DNA from: Rhodanobacteraceae bacterium
Lineage (GTDB): Bacteria > Pseudomonadota > Gammaproteobacteria > Xanthomonadales > SZUA-5
NCBI GenBank assembly: GCA_024234055.1
Contig: JACKOW010000001.1
Span: 146,710-210,709, forward strand
Reading direction: 5' to 3'
Length of the DNA: 64,000 nucleotides
In this document: one piece after another, positions 36,824 through 46,562 of the stretch
How positions within the stretch are numbered: position 1 is the stretch's first letter
Layout of the letters: each line of letters starts with the position of its first letter
Notes under the pieces: model-generated
Seen by the model: only the letters and a program-made list of their open reading frames with translations
Told to the model about the DNA's origin: nothing
Database searches by the model: none
Translations under genes and position numbers: made by a program

Positions 36824-39157
36824 GTGGCGACTCCGGAAATCCCCGGCTACAAGCTTCTCAAGCAGATCGGTTCCGGGGGAATGGCCACGGTGTATCTGGC
36901 CGTTCAGATTTCGCTGGATCGGAAGGTCGCGATCAAGGTGCTGCGCGGCACCGGCGATGACGATCCGGAGCGCACTGAAAAGCGCTTTCTGCGGGAAGGC
37001 CGCACGCTCGCCAAGATCACCCACAAGAATGTCTGCGGCATCTATGACATTGCCAAGGTCGATGAACTGGCCTACATCGCCATGGAGTACCTGGACGGCG
37101 GCACCTTGGTCGACCAGCTCAAGCGCGGCGTGTCGGTCGGCGAGGCCATTGCCATCGTCGTTCAGGTGGCCTCGGCGCTGGAAGAGGCGCACAAGCTCGG
37201 CATCATCCATCGCGATCTGAAGCCGGCCAACGTGATGCTGCGTGGCGGACGGGTGCCGGTGTTGACCGATTTCGGCATTGCCCGCGAGCTTACCGCCAGT
37301 CAGACCCGCATCACCGCCGAGAACATGATCGTCGGCACCCCGATCTACATGAGCCCCGAGCAGGTGTCCGGCGGCGAGGTCGATGGGCGCTCCGATCTGT
37401 ATGCGCTCGGCATCATGTTCTACGAACTGCTCACCGGTCAGCCGCCCTACAAGGGCGACACCCCGATTGCCGTGTGCATGCAGCACCTCACCGCAGCGCT
37501 GCCGACGATGCCGCCCAATCTGGCCGATCTGCAGCCGGTCATGGACCGGATGCTGGCCAAGCGTCGCGAGGATCGCTACTCGAGCATGAGCGAGTTCACC
37601 CACGCCCTGCGTGAGGTCTTCGTCGACTCCGACGCCATGCGCCAGGCTGCCAGCTTCAGTCCGGATACGCCGTGGTCCGAGCAGCTGCGTGAGCTGGGCT
37701 TTTCCTTCGACACCCTGCGCGACGCCGAATTCAAGGCGGCGTTGACCGAACAGCGGCGCGCGGTCGGGTCGCGCGGGCGCGGGCCGGCAAAGAAGAAATT
37801 ACCAGCCGCAGCCAGCGCTGTCGCTCGCCCCTGGTGGGTATATGCCATCGCTGCACTCTTGCTGCTGACCGTCGGTGCCGGCATCGGCTGGATGGTGCTC
37901 GGACCCAAACCCCCGACGGAGAACGAAGTCAAACTCCTGACCTTTCTTCGCGCCGAGTTTGCCGAGCGCATGGAGAAGGGGCAGTTGTACGAACCGATGG
38001 GGGACAGCGCCCTCGATACGGTGCGCAAGATGCAGGACGTACACCAGACCGCCGAGCAGACGCTGGACGCCGTGAAGATCCTGGGGGATTCGCTGGTCGA
38101 AAAGGCCCGCGGCGAACTGGCACGACGTGACATCCTGGCGTTGGATGTCAGTTTGGCGGTGTTGGACGAGCGCTTGCCGGACACGCCCGAACTGGCAGAA
38201 CTGAAGTCGAAACGCGAGCAGCTGGCCAACACGCTCGCCAAGGAAGCAGCGAACCGTGCACGTCTGGATCGTTTGCGCGAACTGGTCGATGGGGCAGCGC
38301 CCGGGCCGGGTGAGAGCGTGCAGCGCCTGTTCCTGCAGCTGCACCCCTTGCTGGCCTCTGATCCCGAATTCCAGGCGCTGGAGCCGCGCGCCATTGCCGC
38401 TGCCAGGGTGGCCATCGAAGCGTCGCTGGCGGCCGGCGAGACCCGGACAGCTTTGGACGCGGCGACCGAACTGGCCGACGTTCTGCCCCGCAACAAGGAT
38501 CTGGCAGAGCTGGTCGCCAGTCTCAAGCAAAGTGTCGCTGCGGCCGAGATCCAGCAGGCCGTGGGAGACTGGAATCGCACGCTGGCGGCACCTGGAGATC
38601 TGGATTCTGCGCGTCTGGCGACCCTGCTGTCGGGGTTGGCAAAACTGGATGAACTTGGCCAGTCGACCGCCGAACTGGCGCAGATGCGACAGCTGCTGTC
38701 GACGGTGGTGCTGAGCGAGGCCAACAACCTGGCCGGCAAGGGCGACTACGATGGCGCGCTGGCGCTCATCGGGCAGGCCCGTGCAGACCTGGTGACGGTA
38801 CCGGCCTTGATCGAGGCCCAGAATCGCATCGGTGCCGAGCGTGAAGCCGCATCCGAAGCCAGTCGCCAGGCGGCGCTGAAAGCGCGCCAGGGCCAGGTGG
38901 CCGTCAGCTCGGCGCCATGGGCCAAGATTGAACAGGTTGTCGATGGCGCGGGCAAGCGCATCGCGCTGCCCGCGGATGCGGCGACACCGCTGCTGCTGAC
39001 GCTGCCGGAGGGGCGCTATCTGGTGACTCTGGTTTCGGGGCAGGGCGGCGCCAGACGCCAGGAAGGCATCCAGATCGAAAGTGGCAAGTTGACGCGTGTG
39101 ACCGTGACATTCGCGGGCTACGACGCCGATGCCTTCATGCGCGAGGGGGGCTGGTGA
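36824..39157 (+). CDS. Ser/Thr protein kinase with TM and large extracytoplasmic domain
   Basis: GSGGMATVY..AIK, HRDLKPANV, DFG and SPEQ motifs. TM at about residue 335. Long helical C-terminal region ending in a PEGA-like beta domain. Confidence 0.88.
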   Translation: MATPEIPGYKLLKQIGSGGMATVYLAVQISLDRKVAIKVLRGTGDDDPERTEKRFLREGRTLAKITHKNVCGIYDIAKVDELAYIAMEYLDGGTLVDQLKRGVSVGEAIAIVVQVASALEEAHKLGIIHRDLKPANVMLRGGRVPVLTDFGIARELTASQTRITAENMIVGTPIYMSPEQVSGGEVDGRSDLYALGIMFYELLTGQPPYKGDTPIAVCMQHLTAALPTMPPNLADLQPVMDRMLAKRREDRYSSMSEFTHALREVFVDSDAMRQAASFSPDTPWSEQLRELGFSFDTLRDAEFKAALTEQRRAVGSRGRGPAKKKLPAAASAVARPWWVYAIAALLLLTVGAGIGWMVLGPKPPTENEVKLLTFLRAEFAERMEKGQLYEPMGDSALDTVRKMQDVHQTAEQTLDAVKILGDSLVEKARGELARRDILALDVSLAVLDERLPDTPELAELKSKREQLANTLAKEAANRARLDRLRELVDGAAPGPGESVQRLFLQLHPLLASDPEFQALEPRAIAAARVAIEASLAAGETRTALDAATELADVLPRNKDLAELVASLKQSVAAAEIQQAVGDWNRTLAAPGDLDSARLATLLSGLAKLDELGQSTAELAQMRQLLSTVVLSEANNLAGKGDYDGALALIGQARADLVTVPALIEAQNRIGAEREAASEASRQAALKARQGQVAVSSAPWAKIEQVVDGAGKRIALPADAATPLLLTLPEGRYLVTLVSGQGGARRQEGIQIESGKLTRVTVTFAGYDADAFMREGGW

Positions 39158-40491
39158 TGCGCGTTTGGCTGCTCGGCTTGCTGCTGCTGCTGCTGCCGGT
39201 GCTTGCGCTGGCTGACTACAAGTCCGACTACAAGGAGGGCGTGGCCGCCGCCGAGCGCCAGGAATGGGCCAAGGCGGATGCCCTGATCCAACGCGCCATG
39301 GCCGAAAAGCCCGATCCCGACCCGCGTGCCAACATCCGCATGTACGGGCAGGTCTACCTGCCTTATCTGCCGCAGTTCTACCTGGGTTTGTCGGCCTTCT
39401 CGCGCAAGGATTGTGTCAAGGCCACCGAATGGCTCAGCGATCCTCGCATCGTCGCTGCTGCCCGCGGTCTGCGCGAGGAGAATCGTCGCCTGATGATGCT
39501 GCGGACTTGCGCCACGCGCCTGGCCGAAGCCGCACCAGCCAGACCGGCACCGACGCCAACGCCGACGCCGACGCAAGCGTCCCCATCGGCAAGCACGCCA
39601 GCGGCACCCACACCCTCGCAGCCCACCCGGCCGGCCGCGGTCAGCGGCAGCGCTGCCTTCGACAGCAGTCGGGCCCAGGCGCTGGAATCGCGGCTGGCCA
39701 GGATCACTGACAAGCTCAAGGTGACGGCGCGCGCTGTGTCCGACACCGCGTTGGCCACCGCACGGGTAAGCTGGCAGCGCCGCAGCGACGCACTCGAAGA
39801 CGAGTTGAGTCAGGCGGGTGCCCGCGCTCGCAGTATTCGTCAGGCGCGCGACAACGGTGCTCTCGGCGGACTTGAGCGGGATCTTGCCGCGCTGGATGCG
39901 CGGGTCGACAAGTTTGCGGCGGACCTCGGCGATGCGGTCAATCGAGGTCGCGGTGTGGCCCTGGCCGATGCCCGCTCGCAACTGCAACGCGGGGTAGACG
40001 CCGGCGCCCGGGCACTGAGTGCCAACGCCGACGGCGACACCCCTGCAGCGCAGGCGCTGCGCAAGGCGCTCGATCAGGGACGGTCGCTGCTGTCCAGCGG
40101 CGACGCCGCTCGCATTCAGACGGCCAGTGCCGCGCTGGAATCGGCGCTCCGACAGATGGAGACCAGCCAGGCGCGCCGCGCGCTGGCCGGGCAGGTGCGC
40201 TCGCGTCTGCAGCCATTGGCCGCCGCCTGGTTGCAGGGCGATTTCGCCAAGGTGGCCAGCTGGAGCAACGAATCGGAACTGGCTTCGGTGCCGGCTGCGC
40301 ACGCCGAAGCCCTGTTGATGCGCGCCGCTGCCCGCTACGAGCTGTATGTGCTGGGGGGCGAGCGGGACATGGCCCTGTTCGAGCAGGTGCGCGTCGATCT
40401 GCGTGCGGCCAGACGGATTTCCGACCAGTTGCAGCCGTCGAAAAATGCCTACTCGCCGCGCTTTCGGGCCTTGTTTGCTAGCACGCGCTGA
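39154..40491 (+). CDS. secreted hypothetical protein, translationally coupled to the kinase
   Basis: GTGATG overlap with the kinase stop. Signal MMRVWLLGLLLLLLPVLALA. Pro/Thr linker and a helical C-terminal domain. Confidence 0.55.
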   Translation: MMRVWLLGLLLLLLPVLALADYKSDYKEGVAAAERQEWAKADALIQRAMAEKPDPDPRANIRMYGQVYLPYLPQFYLGLSAFSRKDCVKATEWLSDPRIVAAARGLREENRRLMMLRTCATRLAEAAPARPAPTPTPTPTQASPSASTPAAPTPSQPTRPAAVSGSAAFDSSRAQALESRLARITDKLKVTARAVSDTALATARVSWQRRSDALEDELSQAGARARSIRQARDNGALGGLERDLAALDARVDKFAADLGDAVNRGRGVALADARSQLQRGVDAGARALSANADGDTPAAQALRKALDQGRSLLSSGDAARIQTASAALESALRQMETSQARRALAGQVRSRLQPLAAAWLQGDFAKVASWSNESELASVPAAHAEALLMRAAARYELYVLGGERDMALFEQVRVDLRAARRISDQLQPSKNAYSPRFRALFASTR

Positions 40492-40566
40492 ATGGTGAAC
40501 AGGGTGAACTGCGACTTCACACTACGAAAACAACGGTAATCGGGCTAAAATCGGCCAGATCGCGGT

Positions 40567-40580
40567 AGCGAAGCTTCGCT
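40567..40580. promoter_or_regulatory. perfect 14-bp palindrome AGCGAAGCTTCGCT (possible operator)
   Basis: Lies 39 nt upstream of the ATG at 40619. No other copy seen in the window. Confidence 0.2.
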
Positions 40581-40618
40581 GCTGCAGACCTTTTGGCTGA
40601 TTGGGAAGACAACAACTC

Positions 40619-42235
40619 ATGCAGTTTCGTTCGGCATTGGCGATTGCAACTGGGCTCGTGGTGTTGGCGGCAGCGCCCGCGCACGCGGCGGAAAAGGCCG
40701 AACGCGCGGTCAAGGCCGGGTCCACCGGGCTGGCGATCAACAACTCCGGGCGGATCGACCTGGTCACGGCGGTGAACATCGACTTCCTCAATCGCAGCGT
40801 GGCCAATGGTCGACGGGTCATCAATCTGCGAGTGGCCCAGCCCTTGTTGTGCGCGGACTTCGCCACAGCGCCGGGCGGTGCGGTCAATCCCGTGGCCCTG
40901 GAGTATCGCGATCCGAACAACGAAAGCTCAGGCCTGATCTTCGGCGGTATCAGCAATTTCGACTATTTCACCAATGGCGCATCGCCTTCCCTGTTCAAGG
41001 TGAGTTCGGATGGCCAGCTGGCCTGCTGCGTGATGCAGCCGGCATCCAATGCCTCCTGTTTCCAGGGCAGTAACGGTGGACCGACGATCAATTCCCTGTT
41101 CGCCGACGGCTTCGAGAGCCTGCTTGCCAAGGCGGCCAAAGGCACGCCCGGCGCGGATCTGACGGTGCAGATCAGCGGTCCGTTGACCGTGGCACCGGGC
41201 GCCAACTTCAATTACACGATCACGGTCGCCAACACCGGCAGTGTGACCATCAGCAATGCCCGCGTGCGCGACTGGTTCCCGAAATCGAGTGGCGGCTTCC
41301 CGGCGCCCCTGGGCGCAGGTAGCTGGACTTGCACCGGCTCTGCCGGCGCCAGCTGTGGCGTGGGCAGCGGTACCGGCAACATCGCGTTGAACGCGGTGTC
41401 GCTGGATCCAGGTTCGAACGTCAATTTCAGCGTGTCGCGGCCGATGTCGGGCTCGGCACCGGACAGCACCTCGTTCTCGGTCAGCGCGGCCGCCTTTTCG
41501 CCGCCGGCCGTAGGTGAGCTGGGGCTGAGCAACAACCAGCGTGCGCTTACCGCCACGGTGCAGACCAGCGCGCCGCCAGTCATCAACTCGGTGCAGTTGC
41601 CGGCCGGCTTGCTGCTGGAAGATCAGACCATCGCCGGTATTCAGATCAATGCCAGCGACGCGGACAGCGTGCTGACGCCCGCCAGCTTCAGCTGCAGTGT
41701 CGGCGGCAGCCTGCTGAACACCGGTTCTTGCGTGTTCACCGGCACCGAACCGAACTTTCAGTTGAGCATCAGCCCGCAGGCCAACGCCAATGGCGCCGGC
41801 AGCTTCACGATCGGGCTGACCGACACCTTCACGCCGGTGACTCAGGCGGTGCCGGTGACGATCACTGCGGTCAACGATGCGCCAGAGTTCACGCTGGGCG
41901 CGAACATCTCGGTGCCCAATGGCACCACTGGCACCCAGATCGTCAGCGATTTCGTGACGGCGATCCGCAAGGGACCGGTGTCGGCCGGCGACGAGGCCAG
42001 TCAGACCTTCGTCGAGCGCGTGGTGTCGGTGGATTCGGGCGGAGCCATCTTCTCGTCGACGCCCGATATCAGCTACGGTGGTTCTACGGAATCGGGAACA
42101 CTGGCTTTCGGCCTGAACGGCAGCGCAGGCACGGCCGTGGTGCGCGTGCGCATGCAGGACAACGGCGGCACGGCCAACGGCGGTGTCGACGCCACCGAGA
42201 AGACCTTCACGGTCACGGTGCAGCCGCCCAACTAA
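40619..42235 (+). CDS. secreted repeat protein (DUF11-like + cadherin/VCBS-like modules)
   Basis: Signal MQFRSALAIATGLVVLAAAPAHA. LTVAPGANFNYTITVANTG (DUF11-type). VTITAVNDAPEF motif. Confidence 0.65.
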   Translation: MQFRSALAIATGLVVLAAAPAHAAEKAERAVKAGSTGLAINNSGRIDLVTAVNIDFLNRSVANGRRVINLRVAQPLLCADFATAPGGAVNPVALEYRDPNNESSGLIFGGISNFDYFTNGASPSLFKVSSDGQLACCVMQPASNASCFQGSNGGPTINSLFADGFESLLAKAAKGTPGADLTVQISGPLTVAPGANFNYTITVANTGSVTISNARVRDWFPKSSGGFPAPLGAGSWTCTGSAGASCGVGSGTGNIALNAVSLDPGSNVNFSVSRPMSGSAPDSTSFSVSAAAFSPPAVGELGLSNNQRALTATVQTSAPPVINSVQLPAGLLLEDQTIAGIQINASDADSVLTPASFSCSVGGSLLNTGSCVFTGTEPNFQLSISPQANANGAGSFTIGLTDTFTPVTQAVPVTITAVNDAPEFTLGANISVPNGTTGTQIVSDFVTAIRKGPVSAGDEASQTFVERVVSVDSGGAIFSSTPDISYGGSTESGTLAFGLNGSAGTAVVRVRMQDNGGTANGGVDATEKTFTVTVQPPN

Positions 42236-42247
42236 GCGCGCTGGTAC

Positions 42248-42277
42248 CCGACAGGCGCGGGTTGCTGCGCCTGTCGG
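42248..42277 (+). terminator. terminator-like hairpin after the DUF11 repeat protein gene
   Basis: CCGACAGGCGC-GGGTTGCT-GCGCCTGTCGG (11-bp stem), no clear U tract. Confidence 0.45.
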
Positions 42278-42376
42278 ATTCGAGCCTCCGCAGTGCCCAG
42301 TGGCTGCGGTTTGTCCGCAAGGTGCCTCGCGTCTGCCAGCGCCGTGACATCGATCACTGGGTCATAATCGTTGTGC

Positions 42377-44539
42377 ATGAAGACCCGCGAACAGGCTCCC
42401 CCGCGCACCCTGCCCGAGTGGCTGCTCAGGCATCCGACGCTGGGCGAAGCACTGGGCCCGGGTTTTGAGATCATCCATGACCAGCTCACCGCGATGGAAT
42501 CGGGTGCTGAACTCGAGTTCGAAGTGGCGCGAACGCTGGATGTGCTGCAGGACCTCGGCGTAGACAGCGATACCCTGCTGGCGGCTGCCTGGTTCCCCTT
42601 GCTGTTGCATCAGCCCGCGGCCCTGTCGCAGGCACTGGCGCGCCATGGCGCCGCCTTCGAGCCCTTGCTGCTGGGTCAGCTGGAAGCCGAGAAGATCTGG
42701 CCGCTGCACGAGCACAAGGCGGCGAATGCCAGTGCCGAGGGGCTGCGTCGATTGCTGCTGGCGCTGATTCGCGACCTGCGCGTGGTCTTCATCCTGCTGG
42801 CGCGGCAGCTGGTGCGGCTGCGCGCTGCCAGTCGCGGTGATGCCGAGGAGCGCCGCCGGCTGGCCCAGTTGACCGCCGATATCCACGGACCGTTGGCCAA
42901 TCGTCTCGGCATCTGGCAGGTCAAATGGGAACTGGAAGACCTGGTCTTCCGCTATCTGCAGCCCGATACCTACAAGCGCATTGCCAGCCTGCTGGATGAA
43001 CGCCGCGAGGATCGCGAGCGCTACATCAATCTGGTTCTGCGCGAACTGCGGCAGTCGTTGAGCGCGGCCGGCCTGCAGGCCGATGTCGCCGGCAGGCCCA
43101 AGCACATCTACAGCATCTGGAAGAAGATGCAGCGCAAGGAGGTGGACTTCTCCGAGCTCTACGACGTACGAGCCGTGCGCGTGCTGGTTCCAGACGTGCC
43201 CACCTGCTACGCCGCGCTCGGCGTGGTCCATGCCCGCTGGACGCCCATTCCGAAGGAGTTTGACGATTACATCGCCAAACCCAAGGGCAATGACTATCGC
43301 TCGCTGCACACGGCAGTGATCGGCCCGGAAGGCAAGGCGCTGGAAGTCCAGATCCGTACCCACGAGATGCACCAGCACGCCGAACTCGGCGTGGCCGCGC
43401 ATTGGCGTTACAAGGAAGGCGGCGGCGCTGGCGCCGATTTCGAGCGCAAGATCCAGTGGATGCGGCAGCTGCTGGAAAGCCGCGACGAGGGCCAGGACGA
43501 TGCCGCGCTGATCGCCGGCTTTTCCACCGAACTGCTCGAAGATCGCGTCTACCTGCTGACCCCCCGCGGTGCGGTCATCGATCTGCCGCGCGGCGCGACG
43601 GTGCTGGATTTCGCCTACACCGTGCACACCGAAGTCGGACACCGCTGTCGCGGTGCCAAGGTCAACGGCCGCATCGTGCCCCTGACCTTCACGCCGCGCA
43701 CCGGCGACAGGGTGGAGATCCTGACCGCCAAGGAAGGCCAGCCCAAGCGCGACTGGTTGTTGCCACAACTGGGTTACCTGGCCAGCACCCGATCGCGCCA
43801 CAAGGTGCGGGCCTGGTTCCACAAGCTGGACCGCGAGCAGAATGTGCGCGATGGCCGCGACATCCTCGAGCGCGAGTTGAAGCGTCTGGCGCTCACGCCG
43901 GGCAAACTGGAGCCGCTTCTGCCTAAGTTCCACGTCGAATCGCTGGACGAGCTGTACGTGGCCGTGGCCCTGGGCGATCTGTCGCCAGCCCAGGTGGCGC
44001 GCGTAGTCCACGAGGCTGATGCGCCCAAGGCCGATCCGGCCCAGATCCTGACCCAGCGCCTGGGCTCACAGATCGGCCCACGCCGCGACAAGGACGCCAT
44101 CGTCATCGAAGGTGTCGGCAATCTGATGGTGACCATGGCCGGCTGCTGCAATCCGCTGCCCGGTGATGCCGTGGTCGGCTTCATCACCAAGGGCCGCGGT
44201 GTCAGCGTCCATCGCGCCGACTGCAAGAGCCTGCTGAATCTCTCCGGGCGCTCCCCCGAGCGCGTCATCGACGTGCAATGGGGTGGCAAACGCGACGATC
44301 GCTACGCCGTGAAGGTGCGGGTGTCGGCCTTCAACCGCACCGGCCTGATCCGCGATGTCGGTGCCGTGCTCGCTGCCGAGCAGATCAACATCGGCGCCAT
44401 GGACAGCAAGGACGACCCCGGCAGCGGCTACGCCACCCTGCATCTCACCCTGAAAGTGGCCGATTTCGGCCAGCTGGCCAATGTACTGACCAAGCTGCGC
44501 TCGCTCAGCAATGTCACCGAGGCCGAGCGGGTGGGGTAG
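42377..44539 (+). CDS. relA: GTP pyrophosphokinase, (p)ppGpp synthetase I
   Basis: Synthetase core DYIAKPKGNDYRSLHTAV..QIRTHEMH, a TGS domain and a C-terminal ACT domain. HD catalytic residues are degenerate, as in RelA. Confidence 0.92.
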   Translation: MKTREQAPPRTLPEWLLRHPTLGEALGPGFEIIHDQLTAMESGAELEFEVARTLDVLQDLGVDSDTLLAAAWFPLLLHQPAALSQALARHGAAFEPLLLGQLEAEKIWPLHEHKAANASAEGLRRLLLALIRDLRVVFILLARQLVRLRAASRGDAEERRRLAQLTADIHGPLANRLGIWQVKWELEDLVFRYLQPDTYKRIASLLDERREDRERYINLVLRELRQSLSAAGLQADVAGRPKHIYSIWKKMQRKEVDFSELYDVRAVRVLVPDVPTCYAALGVVHARWTPIPKEFDDYIAKPKGNDYRSLHTAVIGPEGKALEVQIRTHEMHQHAELGVAAHWRYKEGGGAGADFERKIQWMRQLLESRDEGQDDAALIAGFSTELLEDRVYLLTPRGAVIDLPRGATVLDFAYTVHTEVGHRCRGAKVNGRIVPLTFTPRTGDRVEILTAKEGQPKRDWLLPQLGYLASTRSRHKVRAWFHKLDREQNVRDGRDILERELKRLALTPGKLEPLLPKFHVESLDELYVAVALGDLSPAQVARVVHEADAPKADPAQILTQRLGSQIGPRRDKDAIVIEGVGNLMVTMAGCCNPLPGDAVVGFITKGRGVSVHRADCKSLLNLSGRSPERVIDVQWGGKRDDRYAVKVRVSAFNRTGLIRDVGAVLAAEQINIGAMDSKDDPGSGYATLHLTLKVADFGQLANVLTKLRSLSNVTEAERVG

Positions 44540-44575
44540 GGCCTGGACTCGGCGAGTCTATCGGAAGTCATTGAT

Positions 44576-44722
44576 TTGAGGGCGCGAGGGCGGGAGGGCA
44601 CGAGGGCGCGAGGGCGCGAGGGCACGCGAGATCAAGACCTCGCGGTGATGCTGCTCTTGCGCGCCCTCGTGACAGCTGCTCCTCGCGCCCGCTGTGGGAG
44701 CGGACTCTGTCCGCGACTCGGC
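44576..44722. repeat. tandem-octamer inverted repeat (GAGGGCGC family) followed by a REP palindrome
   Basis: GAGGGCGC-type x6 at 44578-44625, partial complement GCGCGCCCTCG..CCTCGCGCCC at 44659-44690, then CTGTGGGAGCGGACTCTGTCCGCGA. Confidence 0.85.
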
Positions 44723-44768
44723 TGGCGACGAGCCGGTGCCATGAGCCCGTTTCCCGGTTGCCGCGATC

Positions 44769-46364
44769 TCATGGACGCAGCAGCTGCTGGCCGCACAACA
44801 AATAGGTGTCACTGGCGAGATCCAGGCAATAGCGTTCGGCGATCTGGTAAGGGCCAGACGTGGTTGCCCCATCCACCGCCAATTCGCGCTCGTCGGCCTC
44901 ACTCAGCACTTCCTGGCGCCGGATCACCGCTACCGACTGGGCGTCGTCGGCCATCTCGATCGAGACATAGCCCCAGCCCGCGCACAGATCCGGCCCGTAG
45001 CCGTCCAGGCTCAGGGCCCTGCGCAGATAGCCCTCCTGATCATTGGCGATCCACGCGCTGAAACTGACCCGTTCGCAGGCGCCGTTCTGACCCTCGCCGC
45101 TTGATGGTGCATCCAGTCGATACGGTTGCACCAGGAGCCAGCGGTGCGGATCCAGCTGTCGCGGCGCGCTCAGCTGGTCGGCAAGCGGTCCACCGAGAAC
45201 AGTGGTGTAGGCGGGCTCGTCGAGTTCGCCGGACGATTCGAAATCGGCGTCAGGGGCGCTGGAATCGGGACCCCCAGACAGGTCAAGCTGGGTCGCAGCG
45301 ATCGACTGTTCACGCAGCTGATAGACCATGTCCGGTCCACAGATCCATTGATCTTCCGCCAGGGCCAGCGAGCTGTACTCCTCCCAGACCAGTTCCGGAC
45401 TCAGCCGATTCGGGTCGGGTCGGTCCAGGTAGCCGCCGCCGGGCAATGCCAGATGGAATCGTCGAGCAACCACGCGCAGCCCCAGTTCCAGCGGCGGGAT
45501 TCGATGCAGAGATGGATATTCCCACTGGTCGCGTGCAGGCAGGTCGCAGCGACTGAGCTGCATGCGCAACGGCTGTGGCAGCGACAGCGTGGCCGTTTCT
45601 CCGGGGGGCAGTGGTTGCCCGCCCGGGCCGAGGATTTCCGGCAGGCAGCGGTTCTCATCGGGCTCGCAGACCGACACCTGAAGATGCACGGTCTGCAGCG
45701 TCAGCTCGTGCAGCGCCGGCAATGACTCCCAGGGAATCAGCCAGACGAAATGCTGGCCATGGTCATTGTCCAGGCGAGTCAGACCCGGCGGCAACTCGGC
45801 CGCCAGTTCCTGCATGCCCTGATCCAGCGCCAGCTGCGAGAAAGCAGCGGTCGAGTCCTGGCTGGCGCCGTCGGCCGACACCCGGTAGCTGCGCTGCAGC
45901 AGCGCCAACAGCTGCTGGCGATGCCGCTCCTGGGCAGCAAACCATTCCGGGCAGTAGGCCAGAGCGTCGGCATCGAGACCGAGTTCGGTGCAATCCCGTG
46001 CGTTGCGCAAGGGATGCTCTGCGCGCTGCCAGCCGATCGGGGGCAGCTGGACCTCGGCCATCGTCGCCAGTTTCAGCCTCCAGACCCAATTCCCCGGTGT
46101 CGTCTGTGCCGATGATCCGATGCTTCCCAGCAGGATCAGGCCGTCCGATCGCTCAAAGATCTGGAGCTGTGCCGGCGCGCCGTCCGGCCGGGGTTGTTGT
46201 GCCTGCACCCGCAGCAGCGTTTGCAGGCTGTCGCTGTCGGCCAACCATTCGATCTTGCGTTCCTCACCTGCGCCCAACAAGACCTCGGGCGGGTCGTTTT
46301 CCCACTGGGCGTTGCCAATGCCGACCACGGCGAAACCCAGAAGCAAGGCAAACAGGCGCTGCAT
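44769..46364 (-). CDS. secreted hypothetical protein
   Basis: Start at ATG 46364 gives signal MQRLFALLLGFAVVGIGNA. 531 aa, no recognised domain. Confidence 0.55.
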   Translation of the reverse strand: MQRLFALLLGFAVVGIGNAQWENDPPEVLLGAGEERKIEWLADSDSLQTLLRVQAQQPRPDGAPAQLQIFERSDGLILLGSIGSSAQTTPGNWVWRLKLATMAEVQLPPIGWQRAEHPLRNARDCTELGLDADALAYCPEWFAAQERHRQQLLALLQRSYRVSADGASQDSTAAFSQLALDQGMQELAAELPPGLTRLDNDHGQHFVWLIPWESLPALHELTLQTVHLQVSVCEPDENRCLPEILGPGGQPLPPGETATLSLPQPLRMQLSRCDLPARDQWEYPSLHRIPPLELGLRVVARRFHLALPGGGYLDRPDPNRLSPELVWEEYSSLALAEDQWICGPDMVYQLREQSIAATQLDLSGGPDSSAPDADFESSGELDEPAYTTVLGGPLADQLSAPRQLDPHRWLLVQPYRLDAPSSGEGQNGACERVSFSAWIANDQEGYLRRALSLDGYGPDLCAGWGYVSIEMADDAQSVAVIRRQEVLSEADERELAVDGATTSGPYQIAERYCLDLASDTYLLCGQQLLRP

Positions 46365-46562
46365 GCGAGATCCTGGGTGATGGGCTATTGAGGCGCCAGT
46401 CTGCGTCAGGAATCGCCCTGTGCGATCACGACAAAGCGGACCCTTTCGAGGCAAATCCGGGGTGCGAGTCAGATAAGGCAGCCGCAGAACTGCCAACTGC
46501 AAACCGCCAAGCGCTGGCCCGGTTCGTTATGATCCGCGCTCCACTGTAGGGGCTGTCCTACG

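Noticed and set aside
35502-37220. 572-aa plus-strand ORF spanning the lpdA 5' end, the 99-bp tandem REP region and the DUF2059 gene.
   Set aside because: It reads through non-coding repeats (duplicated peptide VADESAPTGKWRPGPLWERALPAMLLPGVANGQ) and is antisense to two well-supported genes.
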